DNA of 64,000 nucleotides from a virus: positions 32,001-96,000 of the IMG/VR virus record IMGVR_UViG_3300035698_026135; one strand, written 5' to 3'. The position numbers and the translations under genes are program-made. The notes under the pieces were generated by a model, which ran no database searches, was not told the origin of the DNA, and worked only from the letters and a program-made list of their open reading frames with translations. Below are positions 28,929 through 37,133 of this stretch, piece after piece (the first letter of the stretch is position 1; each line of letters begins with the position of its first letter).

Positions 28929-29888
28929 ATGGCAAAACGCAATATTCTTCAAGAATCGATTGTTGAAGCAAAACAACTAAAAGAGGCTGCTTACGAAAAT
29001 GCCCAGAGTGTGCTCATGGAGCACTTGAAGGATAATGTAAAGCAGTTTGTTGACGACCAGATTAATGAGTCTCTTCTTACTGAAGCTGACGAGGTTTCCG
29101 ACGCAGATTCATGCGGTGACGATGAAGAAGTACAAGAAGAAGGTTACAACATGGAAGGAGAAGAGGACATGACAGACGATGAACTAGACCTAGAGGAAGT
29201 TCCCGAAGAAGAGGAAGAAGACGAAGAAGAAGAGTGTGGAGAAGACGAGGACGTGTCCGAAGGCTTCAGCGAAGAGGATCTAGAAGAAGCGATTAATGCT
29301 GCTTTGTCAGAAGTAACCCACGGCGGACTCGGAGACATGGATTGGATTGAGAACGATGGCGAGAAACACGGCACCGGGATCGAAGATTTTGATTCGAAAG
29401 AAGACGGATGGGAAAAGAAACGCGCTCCCAAAGCAACCGATGCTAAACTGTACGGTGGCGAGCAATACCACGAGAGTCTCAAAGCGAAGATTGCATCTCT
29501 TGTAAAAGAGAATGTTACGCTTAAAAAGGCTCACAAGAAACTCTCAGAGGCTCTTAGTGAAACAAATCTTTTTAACGCAAAATTGTATTACGCTACACAG
29601 CTAATGCAGAATGAGTCGCTTAACTCAGATATCAAGACCAAGATAATTAAAAAAATGGACAAGGCCACGACTCGAAACGAGGCGAAAGGCATTTATGAGT
29701 CCGTAGAATTTGCTATTGGATTAATGGGTGAATCAAAGAAGACTTCCAAGAAGTCAAAACGTTCACTTTCCGAAGCTTATGGTTCTGAAGGCAAGTCAGC
29801 TGGCACAGGTGCCGGCGTAACAAATACAGCTCTTACTGAGTCGTATATACGTCGCAGCCAAATCCTCGCTGGTATTGTCAAAGAATAA
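28929..29888 (+). CDS. Prohead scaffold (core) protein
   Basis: Acidic, coiled coil, many xxE sites, LSETNLFNAKLYY, LAGI C-terminus; directly before capsid. Confidence 0.8.
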   Translation: MAKRNILQESIVEAKQLKEAAYENAQSVLMEHLKDNVKQFVDDQINESLLTEADEVSDADSCGDDEEVQEEGYNMEGEEDMTDDELDLEEVPEEEEEDEEEECGEDEDVSEGFSEEDLEEAINAALSEVTHGGLGDMDWIENDGEKHGTGIEDFDSKEDGWEKKRAPKATDAKLYGGEQYHESLKAKIASLVKENVTLKKAHKKLSEALSETNLFNAKLYYATQLMQNESLNSDIKTKIIKKMDKATTRNEAKGIYESVEFAIGLMGESKKTSKKSKRSLSEAYGSEGKSAGTGAGVTNTALTESYIRRSQILAGIVKE

Positions 29889-29909
29889 TAGGAGGCACAA
29901 GGAAAGAAA

Positions 29910-31538
29910 ATGAATTTTAAAGAATTAACACAAGATACTCGTAACGAGCGAACTTCACAGTCCGCTATCTCACGAAAGAAAGTTGCCAAATGGCAAAAGA
30001 CAGGTCTTCTCGAAGGCTTAAAGGATGCCCGCACGAAAGCCAATATGGCTCGACTGCTTGAGAATCAGGCGGCATCGATGCTTAATGAGGCATCAGACAC
30101 ATCCGACGTAAAGGGATTTCAGGCTATTGCCTTCCCTATGGTACGTCGTGTTTTCGGCAACCTTTTGGTTGGCGAAATTGCATCGGTTCAGCCGATGGCA
30201 CTTCCATCTGGTCTAGTCTTTTGGCTCGACTTTACACATGGTAGTACCGGAAAGGCTGGTACTGGCCGAGACGACTGGTCATCCGGTGGCTCGGTATTTG
30301 GAGATCCCGTTGGACCTCTTACCGGTGGTGCTGATGGAACTGGAGGTCACTACAACCTTCATAATAGTTATACTCAATTCGAAGCTTCGGCTGCGGTTGG
30401 TCTAGCTTCGTCAGGTTCGGCAACTTGGCTTGAGGTCGAATATGATCTTGAGCTTTCGTCCGCTGTAGCTGGCGACACTCTTTGGAAGGTCACTGTTGAC
30501 CTCGACGAGAATGCTGCAATCACAAATGTGGATCAATCAAACTATAAGAGTTTTGCCATCTCGGGAGCAGTGAACGCAGGTGTCACTCGCTACTACAGAC
30601 GTCACAATTTGTTTGATACTGCCACCAATATCCTAACTGTCTTTTACACTGGTGCCGCTGCGCTCGATTCGGGCTCGGCTGTTCAAGTTGCTTATGTCAA
30701 GAAGGATGTTCTTGGAGCAGATACGAATGGTACAACCTTGAGCCCCGCGTTCGAGTATGCATTTGATAGTGCAGATGACATTCCAGAGATTGATATCAAA
30801 ATTACATCTCATCCGGTCACAGCTAACAGTCGTAAGTTGAAAGTCAAGTGGACTCCAGAAGTCGCGCAGGATCTTAACGCTTATCACACTGTTGACGCTG
30901 AAGCTGAGCTTACTCAGGTGATGGCCGATCAGGTGGCACTCGATATTGATTCCGAGGTACTTCAAGATATGGTCAACAATGCGAAAGCAGCGAAATACTA
31001 CTGGGACCGTCGTCCTGGAACGTATGTCGATAAGGCAACAGGCGTGGAGATCACTGGACCTTCCTTCACGGGTAATGTTCAGGAGTGGTATCTTACTCTC
31101 ATGGAAACAGTCCTTGACGTAAGTAACACGATCCACCGCAAGAACTTGCGCTCAGGAGCTAACTTCATGGTGACATCACCTGACGTAGCAACAATCCTTG
31201 AGTCAATGGTTCAATGGCGTCCTTCGATTGATGTTGGCGATCCAAAGCAAACTAAATACTCGATGGGTATTGAGAAAATTGGTACACTTGCAAACCGTTT
31301 CACGGTCTACAAAGCTCCTTTCTTCTTCCGTAATATGATCCTAGTTGGATTTAAGGGAGACGAGTGGCTTGAGACTGGATACGTCTATGCTCCGTACGTT
31401 CCGATGATCGTTACACCAACGATCTACGAGCCCGATAACTTCACTCCACGCAAGGCGGTCATGACCCGTTATGCGAAACAGATCATCCGTGGTGATTATT
31501 ACGGTCTCGTGGTCGTGAAAGGAATGAATATTTTCTAA
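29910..31538 (+). CDS. Major capsid protein (T4 gp23-like)
   Basis: LLENQ, PMVRRVF, VQPMALPSGLVF, RKLKVKWTPEVAQDLNAYH, YAPYVP, TRYA. Confidence 0.97.
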   Translation: MNFKELTQDTRNERTSQSAISRKKVAKWQKTGLLEGLKDARTKANMARLLENQAASMLNEASDTSDVKGFQAIAFPMVRRVFGNLLVGEIASVQPMALPSGLVFWLDFTHGSTGKAGTGRDDWSSGGSVFGDPVGPLTGGADGTGGHYNLHNSYTQFEASAAVGLASSGSATWLEVEYDLELSSAVAGDTLWKVTVDLDENAAITNVDQSNYKSFAISGAVNAGVTRYYRRHNLFDTATNILTVFYTGAAALDSGSAVQVAYVKKDVLGADTNGTTLSPAFEYAFDSADDIPEIDIKITSHPVTANSRKLKVKWTPEVAQDLNAYHTVDAEAELTQVMADQVALDIDSEVLQDMVNNAKAAKYYWDRRPGTYVDKATGVEITGPSFTGNVQEWYLTLMETVLDVSNTIHRKNLRSGANFMVTSPDVATILESMVQWRPSIDVGDPKQTKYSMGIEKIGTLANRFTVYKAPFFFRNMILVGFKGDEWLETGYVYAPYVPMIVTPTIYEPDNFTPRKAVMTRYAKQIIRGDYYGLVVVKGMNIF

Positions 31539-31569
31539 GCAATATCAAGTACTTAGAGAGATCTTAGAT

Positions 31570-31593
31570 AGGCCGCCTTCGGGCGGCTTTTCT
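31570..31593 (+). terminator. Intrinsic terminator after capsid gene
   Basis: AGGCCGCC-TTCG-GGCGGCTT then TTCT. Confidence 0.85.
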
Positions 31594-31630
31594 AATTGTA
31601 TATTATAAAACCTTTGTTGTAGTTACTAGT

Positions 31631-31793
31631 ATGCACAAAGAAGAACTTGAGAGACTATATAACCACAACCACACAAGCTATGGAATGCAAAGAACTATGG
31701 AATACAGATAATGGAACCACTCTATGCATACCCTGTCACAGAAAGACTCCCACTTGGGGATACGGCTCAGTAAAAATATCGAAAAATATATAA
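31631..31793 (+). pseudogene. Internally deleted HTH-HNH homing endonuclease remnant
   Basis: MHKEELERLY start joined out of frame to QAMECKELWNTDNGTTLCIPCHRKTPTWG. Confidence 0.7.
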
Positions 31794-31811
31794 AATTATC
31801 TATTTAAAGGA

Positions 31812-31912
31812 GGTAAGACCTAGTAGAGATTGTATTCGAGCAGGTATTTGGGTCCAGGTGGAAATAGAAGCCACGATAGCAGCAATTCTATTGTTGTTTT
31901 ATTTTTCTTTTT
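31812..31912 (+). ncRNA. Candidate small structured RNA or attenuator
   Basis: CTATTTAA at 31800; stems GACCTAG/TTGGGTC and GTGG/CCAC; terminator AGCAGCAAT/ATTGTTGTT plus T tract. Confidence 0.45.
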
Positions 31913-31916
31913 AGCT

Positions 31917-31924
31917 CTATTTAA
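31917..31924 (+). promoter_or_regulatory. Putative late promoter CTATTTAA
   Basis: Begins 13 nt before ATG 31930; no RBS. Confidence 0.6.
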
Positions 31925-31929
31925 ATACG

Positions 31930-33090
31930 ATGTCAGAACTATCCTTCGTCTCCTTTAGTGGAAGCACCCGCCCAACAGCCTTCGGAACCTACGACCTAGA
32001 CGCGACCTTCCAAGCAGATGCGGATAAGGTCGTATATTACGTTCAAAGAGAGCTTGGCTCTCCCGTTCTTGATTCTGAGCTTGATCTAAGGTCTATTTGG
32101 ACCTCGTTCGAACAAGCAACGATCGAATATAGCCAAACAATCAATGCGGCCCATGCTCGAAATATCCTCCTTGATATGCTGGGCCAGGGAACAGGATCTC
32201 TCTCTGGGTCTGAGCAAGCTTTCCCGGTAAATAACTCAACCCAGTTTGCACGACGCCAGACGGTTCAATACTCGCACGAGTTTGGCTCAGGAGGCCCCTA
32301 CAAGTGGTTTACTGGGTCCGTGACCCTCGTACCAGGCCAACAGCATTACGACCTCCAGGCGTCCATCTCAGCGTCTCTAGTGGGCACGCCGGACGATGGT
32401 AAGGGTATCACAATCAGAAAGGTCCATCATTATGAACCAACCGCAGCATTTAGATTCTTTGACACGACCAGCGTCATGAATTTCATGGGTAACTCCCTGG
32501 GCTTTGAATCATATTCCCCAGAGACGATTTTCTATCTGTTGCCAATTTGGGAAGATGTTCTCAGAGGTATACAACTTGAATTAAATCAACGAGTTAGAAG
32601 GTCTAATTATTCTTTTGACCTCAAAGGAGGCCAGATAACTCTATACCCTGTTCCAAATTACCCCACGCCTCTATTTTATGAATTTAGCTTGGACCAAGAC
32701 CCAACAGACGAATCACAACTCCAAGGGCTTAAAACTAAAGGTGTTACGTCAAACATTTCAAACATCGCCTTCGGGCATTTGGGATATGATGATATAAATT
32801 CCATAGGCAAAACCTGGATTTGGAGAATGACTCTAGCTATGTGTAAAGAGATCTTGGGCCATATTTACAGCAAATATCAAAATATTCCTATCCCAGGACA
32901 GCAGATCACCCTCAATGGTGCTGATCTAATTGCGCGAGGAAGAGAAGATCAAGCAAACTTGAGACTTGAACTCAAGGAACTCTTGGAGCAAATGAGTTAT
33001 AAAAACCTCATCGCAGACAGGCAAGAGCTTGAAGATAACGTACAAAGGGAGTGGTTAAGGGTACCACTTTTAATTTATTTGAGCAAGTGA
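31930..33090 (+). CDS. Neck / head-tail adaptor (T4 gp13-like)
   Basis: RELGSPVLDSELD; WIWRMTLAMCKEILG..KY..IPIPG..TLNG. Confidence 0.8.
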   Translation: MSELSFVSFSGSTRPTAFGTYDLDATFQADADKVVYYVQRELGSPVLDSELDLRSIWTSFEQATIEYSQTINAAHARNILLDMLGQGTGSLSGSEQAFPVNNSTQFARRQTVQYSHEFGSGGPYKWFTGSVTLVPGQQHYDLQASISASLVGTPDDGKGITIRKVHHYEPTAAFRFFDTTSVMNFMGNSLGFESYSPETIFYLLPIWEDVLRGIQLELNQRVRRSNYSFDLKGGQITLYPVPNYPTPLFYEFSLDQDPTDESQLQGLKTKGVTSNISNIAFGHLGYDDINSIGKTWIWRMTLAMCKEILGHIYSKYQNIPIPGQQITLNGADLIARGREDQANLRLELKELLEQMSYKNLIADRQELEDNVQREWLRVPLLIYLSK

Positions 33091-33118
33091 GCCTTGTATA
33101 GTAGGCTATTATTACAAA

Positions 33119-33388
33119 ATGATAAATATCGATACAGAAAAACTTGTTGAAAAACACAGCCAAAAAGACCTGACCCTCAAGGAGTTAGCCAACTTTTTTG
33201 AGTTCCTGAAGAAGAAGGGAATAGAGATCGACAACGGAAGTTTTGAATTTTCTCCCCATATAACAATAAAACATTGCGACAATGAGCCGAACGTCGAAGT
33301 GCTAAATTTAAATCTTGATTTTGAAATAGACAACATCTCCTTTGCGTCCCATGGAGACAAACAGATTGTGAGGCTCGGAAATGACTAA
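33119..33388 (+). CDS. Hypothetical protein
   Basis: Fills the gap; overlaps the next start. Confidence 0.55.
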   Translation: MINIDTEKLVEKHSQKDLTLKELANFFEFLKKKGIEIDNGSFEFSPHITIKHCDNEPNVEVLNLNLDFEIDNISFASHGDKQIVRLGND

Positions 33389-34202
33389 TACATATGACGG
33401 AGAAAGACTTACTAGAAACTATGGCCTCGTGGATGTCGATAGAGCGTTTCGCGATTGGTGGACGGACAAACTTTCTCTCAATATAAAAGACCAAGACGGC
33501 CACAGTAAAGAGATCCCGATCTTCTTCTTCTCATCAGAGCGATGGAGCAAAGCTAGAGAAGATGCCAACACGGAAAAATCTCTTTCTGGTGTGAGAGACG
33601 AGAACGGAACACTCGTCCTACCATTGATTGCCATTATTAGAAACCCTCCGAGTTCAGGAAACGATGGGCCATACGGAAGAACATTTGCCGAAACAAAAGG
33701 AGAGGTGACGTACTCCAGAAGAATTCATCCAAAATCTTCAAAGATTAAAAACCTGCTCGAAGCAAGACCAAGCAGTATTGATCCCAACCTTCCTATCTAT
33801 GAGGTTTTCACAGCGCCAGTTCCAGATCACTATCAACTAACCTATGAAGTAAAGATCTGGACCCAGTACGTTGAGCAGATGAATGAGATAATAGAAAAGC
33901 TGGGCCAGGAACTAGATTTCAAATCAGAGCGATCTTTTCAATTTAGTACCAAGGATAAATATTATTTTATCGCATTTCAAGATGATGACTTTCAAGATGA
34001 GAGCAACCTGAATGAATATTCCAGCGAAGAGAGAATTGTTAGAATGACGACAAAGTTTTCTGTTGCTGCTCATATCCTGCCTCAATCTGACCAGAGAGAG
34101 AATACCCTTAAAAGATATTGGTCTCAGACTAAGCTGGTAATCAAACAGGAGACTGCATTGACCAACGAAGAGTTTGACAGGCTCACAGGGAAATATGAGT
34201 AG
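33381..34202 (+). CDS. Tail completion/terminator protein (T4 gp15-like)
   Basis: LPLIAI, PVPDHYQLTYEVKIWTQYVEQMNEIIE; position in the neck module. Confidence 0.7.
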   Translation: MTNTYDGERLTRNYGLVDVDRAFRDWWTDKLSLNIKDQDGHSKEIPIFFFSSERWSKAREDANTEKSLSGVRDENGTLVLPLIAIIRNPPSSGNDGPYGRTFAETKGEVTYSRRIHPKSSKIKNLLEARPSSIDPNLPIYEVFTAPVPDHYQLTYEVKIWTQYVEQMNEIIEKLGQELDFKSERSFQFSTKDKYYFIAFQDDDFQDESNLNEYSSEERIVRMTTKFSVAAHILPQSDQRENTLKRYWSQTKLVIKQETALTNEEFDRLTGKYE

Positions 34203-36104
34203 GTGAAGTTTGATTTATCTAAAATATTTAGAAAGCTCATTACAGAAGATGCTGAATCGAAAGAATACCTGAAGGGACTCAACGCAAAACAGCTTCAAAA
34301 GGGCGCTCGACCTCCAGAGGGAGTAGACCCAAAAGAGTTCTATAATAACCTCCAACAACAAATCTCCCAAGAGGCTGAGGACGGCCCTATCTTCAACGGT
34401 AGTATACTGGGGTTTGTAGAGTCGATTCCATACCAGATGGACAAGAGACAAACTCAGTGGGTTGGAAATTTAAAAAAGCAAGGCGCTGCCCTGGACCCTG
34501 GACCGCTGGGCCAGGTCATTTCTTATACGAGAGCTAACGATATTGACATCTCTCAATTTCCCGATCTCGAAACAGCTAAACAGAGCTTTGACGATTGGGT
34601 AGCGGGGTCCGACGAAGAAGATGACGGTGACCTTGGTGGGTATGCAACAAACCATGTCGCCATGGACTTTCCTGACGGATACAAAATTGTAAATATGACA
34701 TCAGAAGATCTTGAGACCGAAGGCGAAAAGATGGGACATTGCGTCGGTGGGGAAGATTATTGCGAAGCTGTGGACACAGAGCAGTCCGAAATATACTCAC
34801 TAAGAGACAAGCAGAACCAACCGCACGTAACCCTAGAATATGATTTAAACGAAGAGCAGGTCGTTCAGATATACGGGAAGCAGGACGAAGATCCGATTCC
34901 GAAATACCATCCTTATATCTTTCAGTTTTTGATGAAGATGAACGACCCGGAGCAAGCTGCCGATTGGGCCGATGATAATTCTTTGAAAGGTCTCGTTCAA
35001 CACGAAGATCACTCTGTCCGCGCATCCATTGCCGGAAACAAAAAGATGACTCCAGAACTTCTTGATATTTTGGCCAACGACGAAAGCCATATAGTTCGAG
35101 AGATGACAGCAGAGAATAAAAACATCTCTCCTGAAGCTTTAGATAAAATACTCGACCACGAAGATGTCACCAGCATGACAAGAAAGAACGCAGCAGAGAA
35201 CCCCAGAGCCAACGCCGCCACGCTAGAAAAGTTATATAAATTAGAGGACGAAGAAATCAATTGGAGGATTGTATCAAACCCCAATGCAGATAAAGATATC
35301 GTCTTAAAGATTTATAAAGATGTTTTAGGGAGTTCGAAGTGGGATTTCAGATACGAAGAGAAGTTCGCAGAAAATGAAAATACTCCCTCTGATATCTTGA
35401 ATGATATTTCCCTGAAAACCAAAAGGCATCGAACCACCGAGAAGCTTGCTAAAAATCCAAACTCTCCACCCGAAGTGTTGGATAGGATAATGGATAAATA
35501 CCTTGCCAACGATCCAATCATCGATAGCGTTATTGTTCAGTATGTTGCATACAATAAGAACACCTCCGAAAAAACTCGCCACAAACTGATAGATACTGGA
35601 TCTTTTCTTCGTCATCTTGCGATAGTCAGAAACTTGAGTGTTGATACGATCAAAAAATTGATTGACGCCTCCCTCTCAAAACAATCTCCTCGCGACCAAA
35701 CCAAGACGTTTTGGGAAATTGCCTCAAATGAAAATGTGCCCAAAGAGTATCAACGGAAAATGGAAGATAGCGGAGAAATCAGTGTTGCAAATAAGCTTGC
35801 ACAAAATAGAAATTTAGATCCAGATCTAGCTAGAACACTTGATAAACGTTACGGAAGCGAAGCGCAGCAAATACTGGCGGCAAATCCTGCGATTCCTGAC
35901 GACTTGATCATAAAATATATTAGCCACAAAAATCCGTATGTTAGGGTTGCGGTTCTCACCCAGAGTTCAGAAAGGCTCGGCCGAGAAGCTCTTGAAAAAC
36001 TAAGTAAAGACGATTCTGGACCAGTTGCAGATAATGCCAGAATAAAGATTCAAGAACTTAGCGAATCATTTAATCCGCCTCTTCTGGGATTTTTCAATAT
36101 TTAA
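34203..36104 (+). CDS. PcfJ-like domain protein with LRV/HEAT-like repeats
   Basis: EGEKMGHCVGG..IYSLRD..PHVTLE..QIYGKQ; repeated A.NPN/NENTP helical units. Confidence 0.7.
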   Translation: MKFDLSKIFRKLITEDAESKEYLKGLNAKQLQKGARPPEGVDPKEFYNNLQQQISQEAEDGPIFNGSILGFVESIPYQMDKRQTQWVGNLKKQGAALDPGPLGQVISYTRANDIDISQFPDLETAKQSFDDWVAGSDEEDDGDLGGYATNHVAMDFPDGYKIVNMTSEDLETEGEKMGHCVGGEDYCEAVDTEQSEIYSLRDKQNQPHVTLEYDLNEEQVVQIYGKQDEDPIPKYHPYIFQFLMKMNDPEQAADWADDNSLKGLVQHEDHSVRASIAGNKKMTPELLDILANDESHIVREMTAENKNISPEALDKILDHEDVTSMTRKNAAENPRANAATLEKLYKLEDEEINWRIVSNPNADKDIVLKIYKDVLGSSKWDFRYEEKFAENENTPSDILNDISLKTKRHRTTEKLAKNPNSPPEVLDRIMDKYLANDPIIDSVIVQYVAYNKNTSEKTRHKLIDTGSFLRHLAIVRNLSVDTIKKLIDASLSKQSPRDQTKTFWEIASNENVPKEYQRKMEDSGEISVANKLAQNRNLDPDLARTLDKRYGSEAQQILAANPAIPDDLIIKYISHKNPYVRVAVLTQSSERLGREALEKLSKDDSGPVADNARIKIQELSESFNPPLLGFFNI

Positions 36105-36109
36105 AACAA

Positions 36110-36658
36110 ATGTCATTATTTAGATCCAAGAAAGATATCGCTTTTATCAAACGCATCAACCGCGAATTGATCGAGAGAGTTATTGGCGAAAAGATAACAT
36201 ACTATCCCATCTCAAAGCGCCTCTCAGAAGAAAACATATATGGAGAAGCGGTCTCGAAAGTTGTTGACGCACCAGTTGAAATATATGCTCTCGTCGAATG
36301 GCTTCCTCAAGAAGTAAGCACAACGACCTTTGGTCAAGATAAAATCTACAACCTAAATGTCTTCATTCATGACGAACACCTAGAACAAATAGAGCTGAAG
36401 CCCACAGAAGGCGATGTTATTGATTATGATGACAAGAAGTTTGAAATCACACAAATACAGACTCCAACTCAAATATTCGGCAAAGCGGGCCAAGAAATAG
36501 GAATTCAGTTGGTATGCACCACTATCCGTGAGAGTCAATTTAAAATCTCTGTCTCTGGAACAGTCGAAGATCCTGCGAGAACTCGACCTGATGATGATGC
36601 CAAAATCGATACCCTATATGGAAATAGAACCTTTCCTCATTCTGGAAGTAACGGATAA
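36110..36658 (+). CDS. Head closure / neck protein (T4 gp14-like)
   Basis: ENIYGEA, PTEGDVI..KFEI; position. Confidence 0.7.
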   Translation: MSLFRSKKDIAFIKRINRELIERVIGEKITYYPISKRLSEENIYGEAVSKVVDAPVEIYALVEWLPQEVSTTTFGQDKIYNLNVFIHDEHLEQIELKPTEGDVIDYDDKKFEITQIQTPTQIFGKAGQEIGIQLVCTTIRESQFKISVSGTVEDPARTRPDDDAKIDTLYGNRTFPHSGSNG

Positions 36659-36712
36659 CTATTGATTTTGTATTTCTAGTACAATATCTGAAAAGATATT
36701 AAAAAACTTTAG

Positions 36713-36740
36713 AAAAAACTGCTTTTGGGTGGTTTTTTTT
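36713..36740 (+). terminator. Probable intrinsic terminator
   Basis: AAAAAACTGC-TTTTGG-GTGGTTTTTTTT. Confidence 0.5.
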
Positions 36741-36753
36741 CTATTTATAGTCA

Positions 36754-37131
36754 ATGCAAGAGATCAGCGAGAATTGGCTAAGAGGGAAGTATGTTGATGA
36801 TGGGATGTCTGCTCGTGAAATATCGGAGCTTACAGATAGATCTGAGCAAACAATCTGTAGGAGATTGTGCTCTTTTGGAATTCCGACAAGGAGCCCCTCG
36901 GAAAGATATGCGATCATGATGAAGAAGAGAGTCTTTAAGACTATAGATCTCGATGCTGACCATATCAAACCATTTATAAAGATTTTAGAGGACAGTAAGG
37001 CAACCTCTTTAAAAGAAGCCTATAATCATAAGAAATTTTGGGACCTAGAAAATGGTCGCACCCTATTTAAATGTCATAAGAAAACAGATACATGGGGACA
37101 TAAAATTCACAGTTACAAAGGAGAAAAATAA
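36754..37131 (+). pseudogene. HTH plus degenerate HNH endonuclease (open frame, nuclease motif damaged)
   Basis: MSAREISE..SEQTICRRL HTH; DADHIKPF..FWDLENGRTLFKCHKKTDTWG lacks the first Cys of CxxCH. Confidence 0.6.
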
Positions 37132-37133
37132 TT

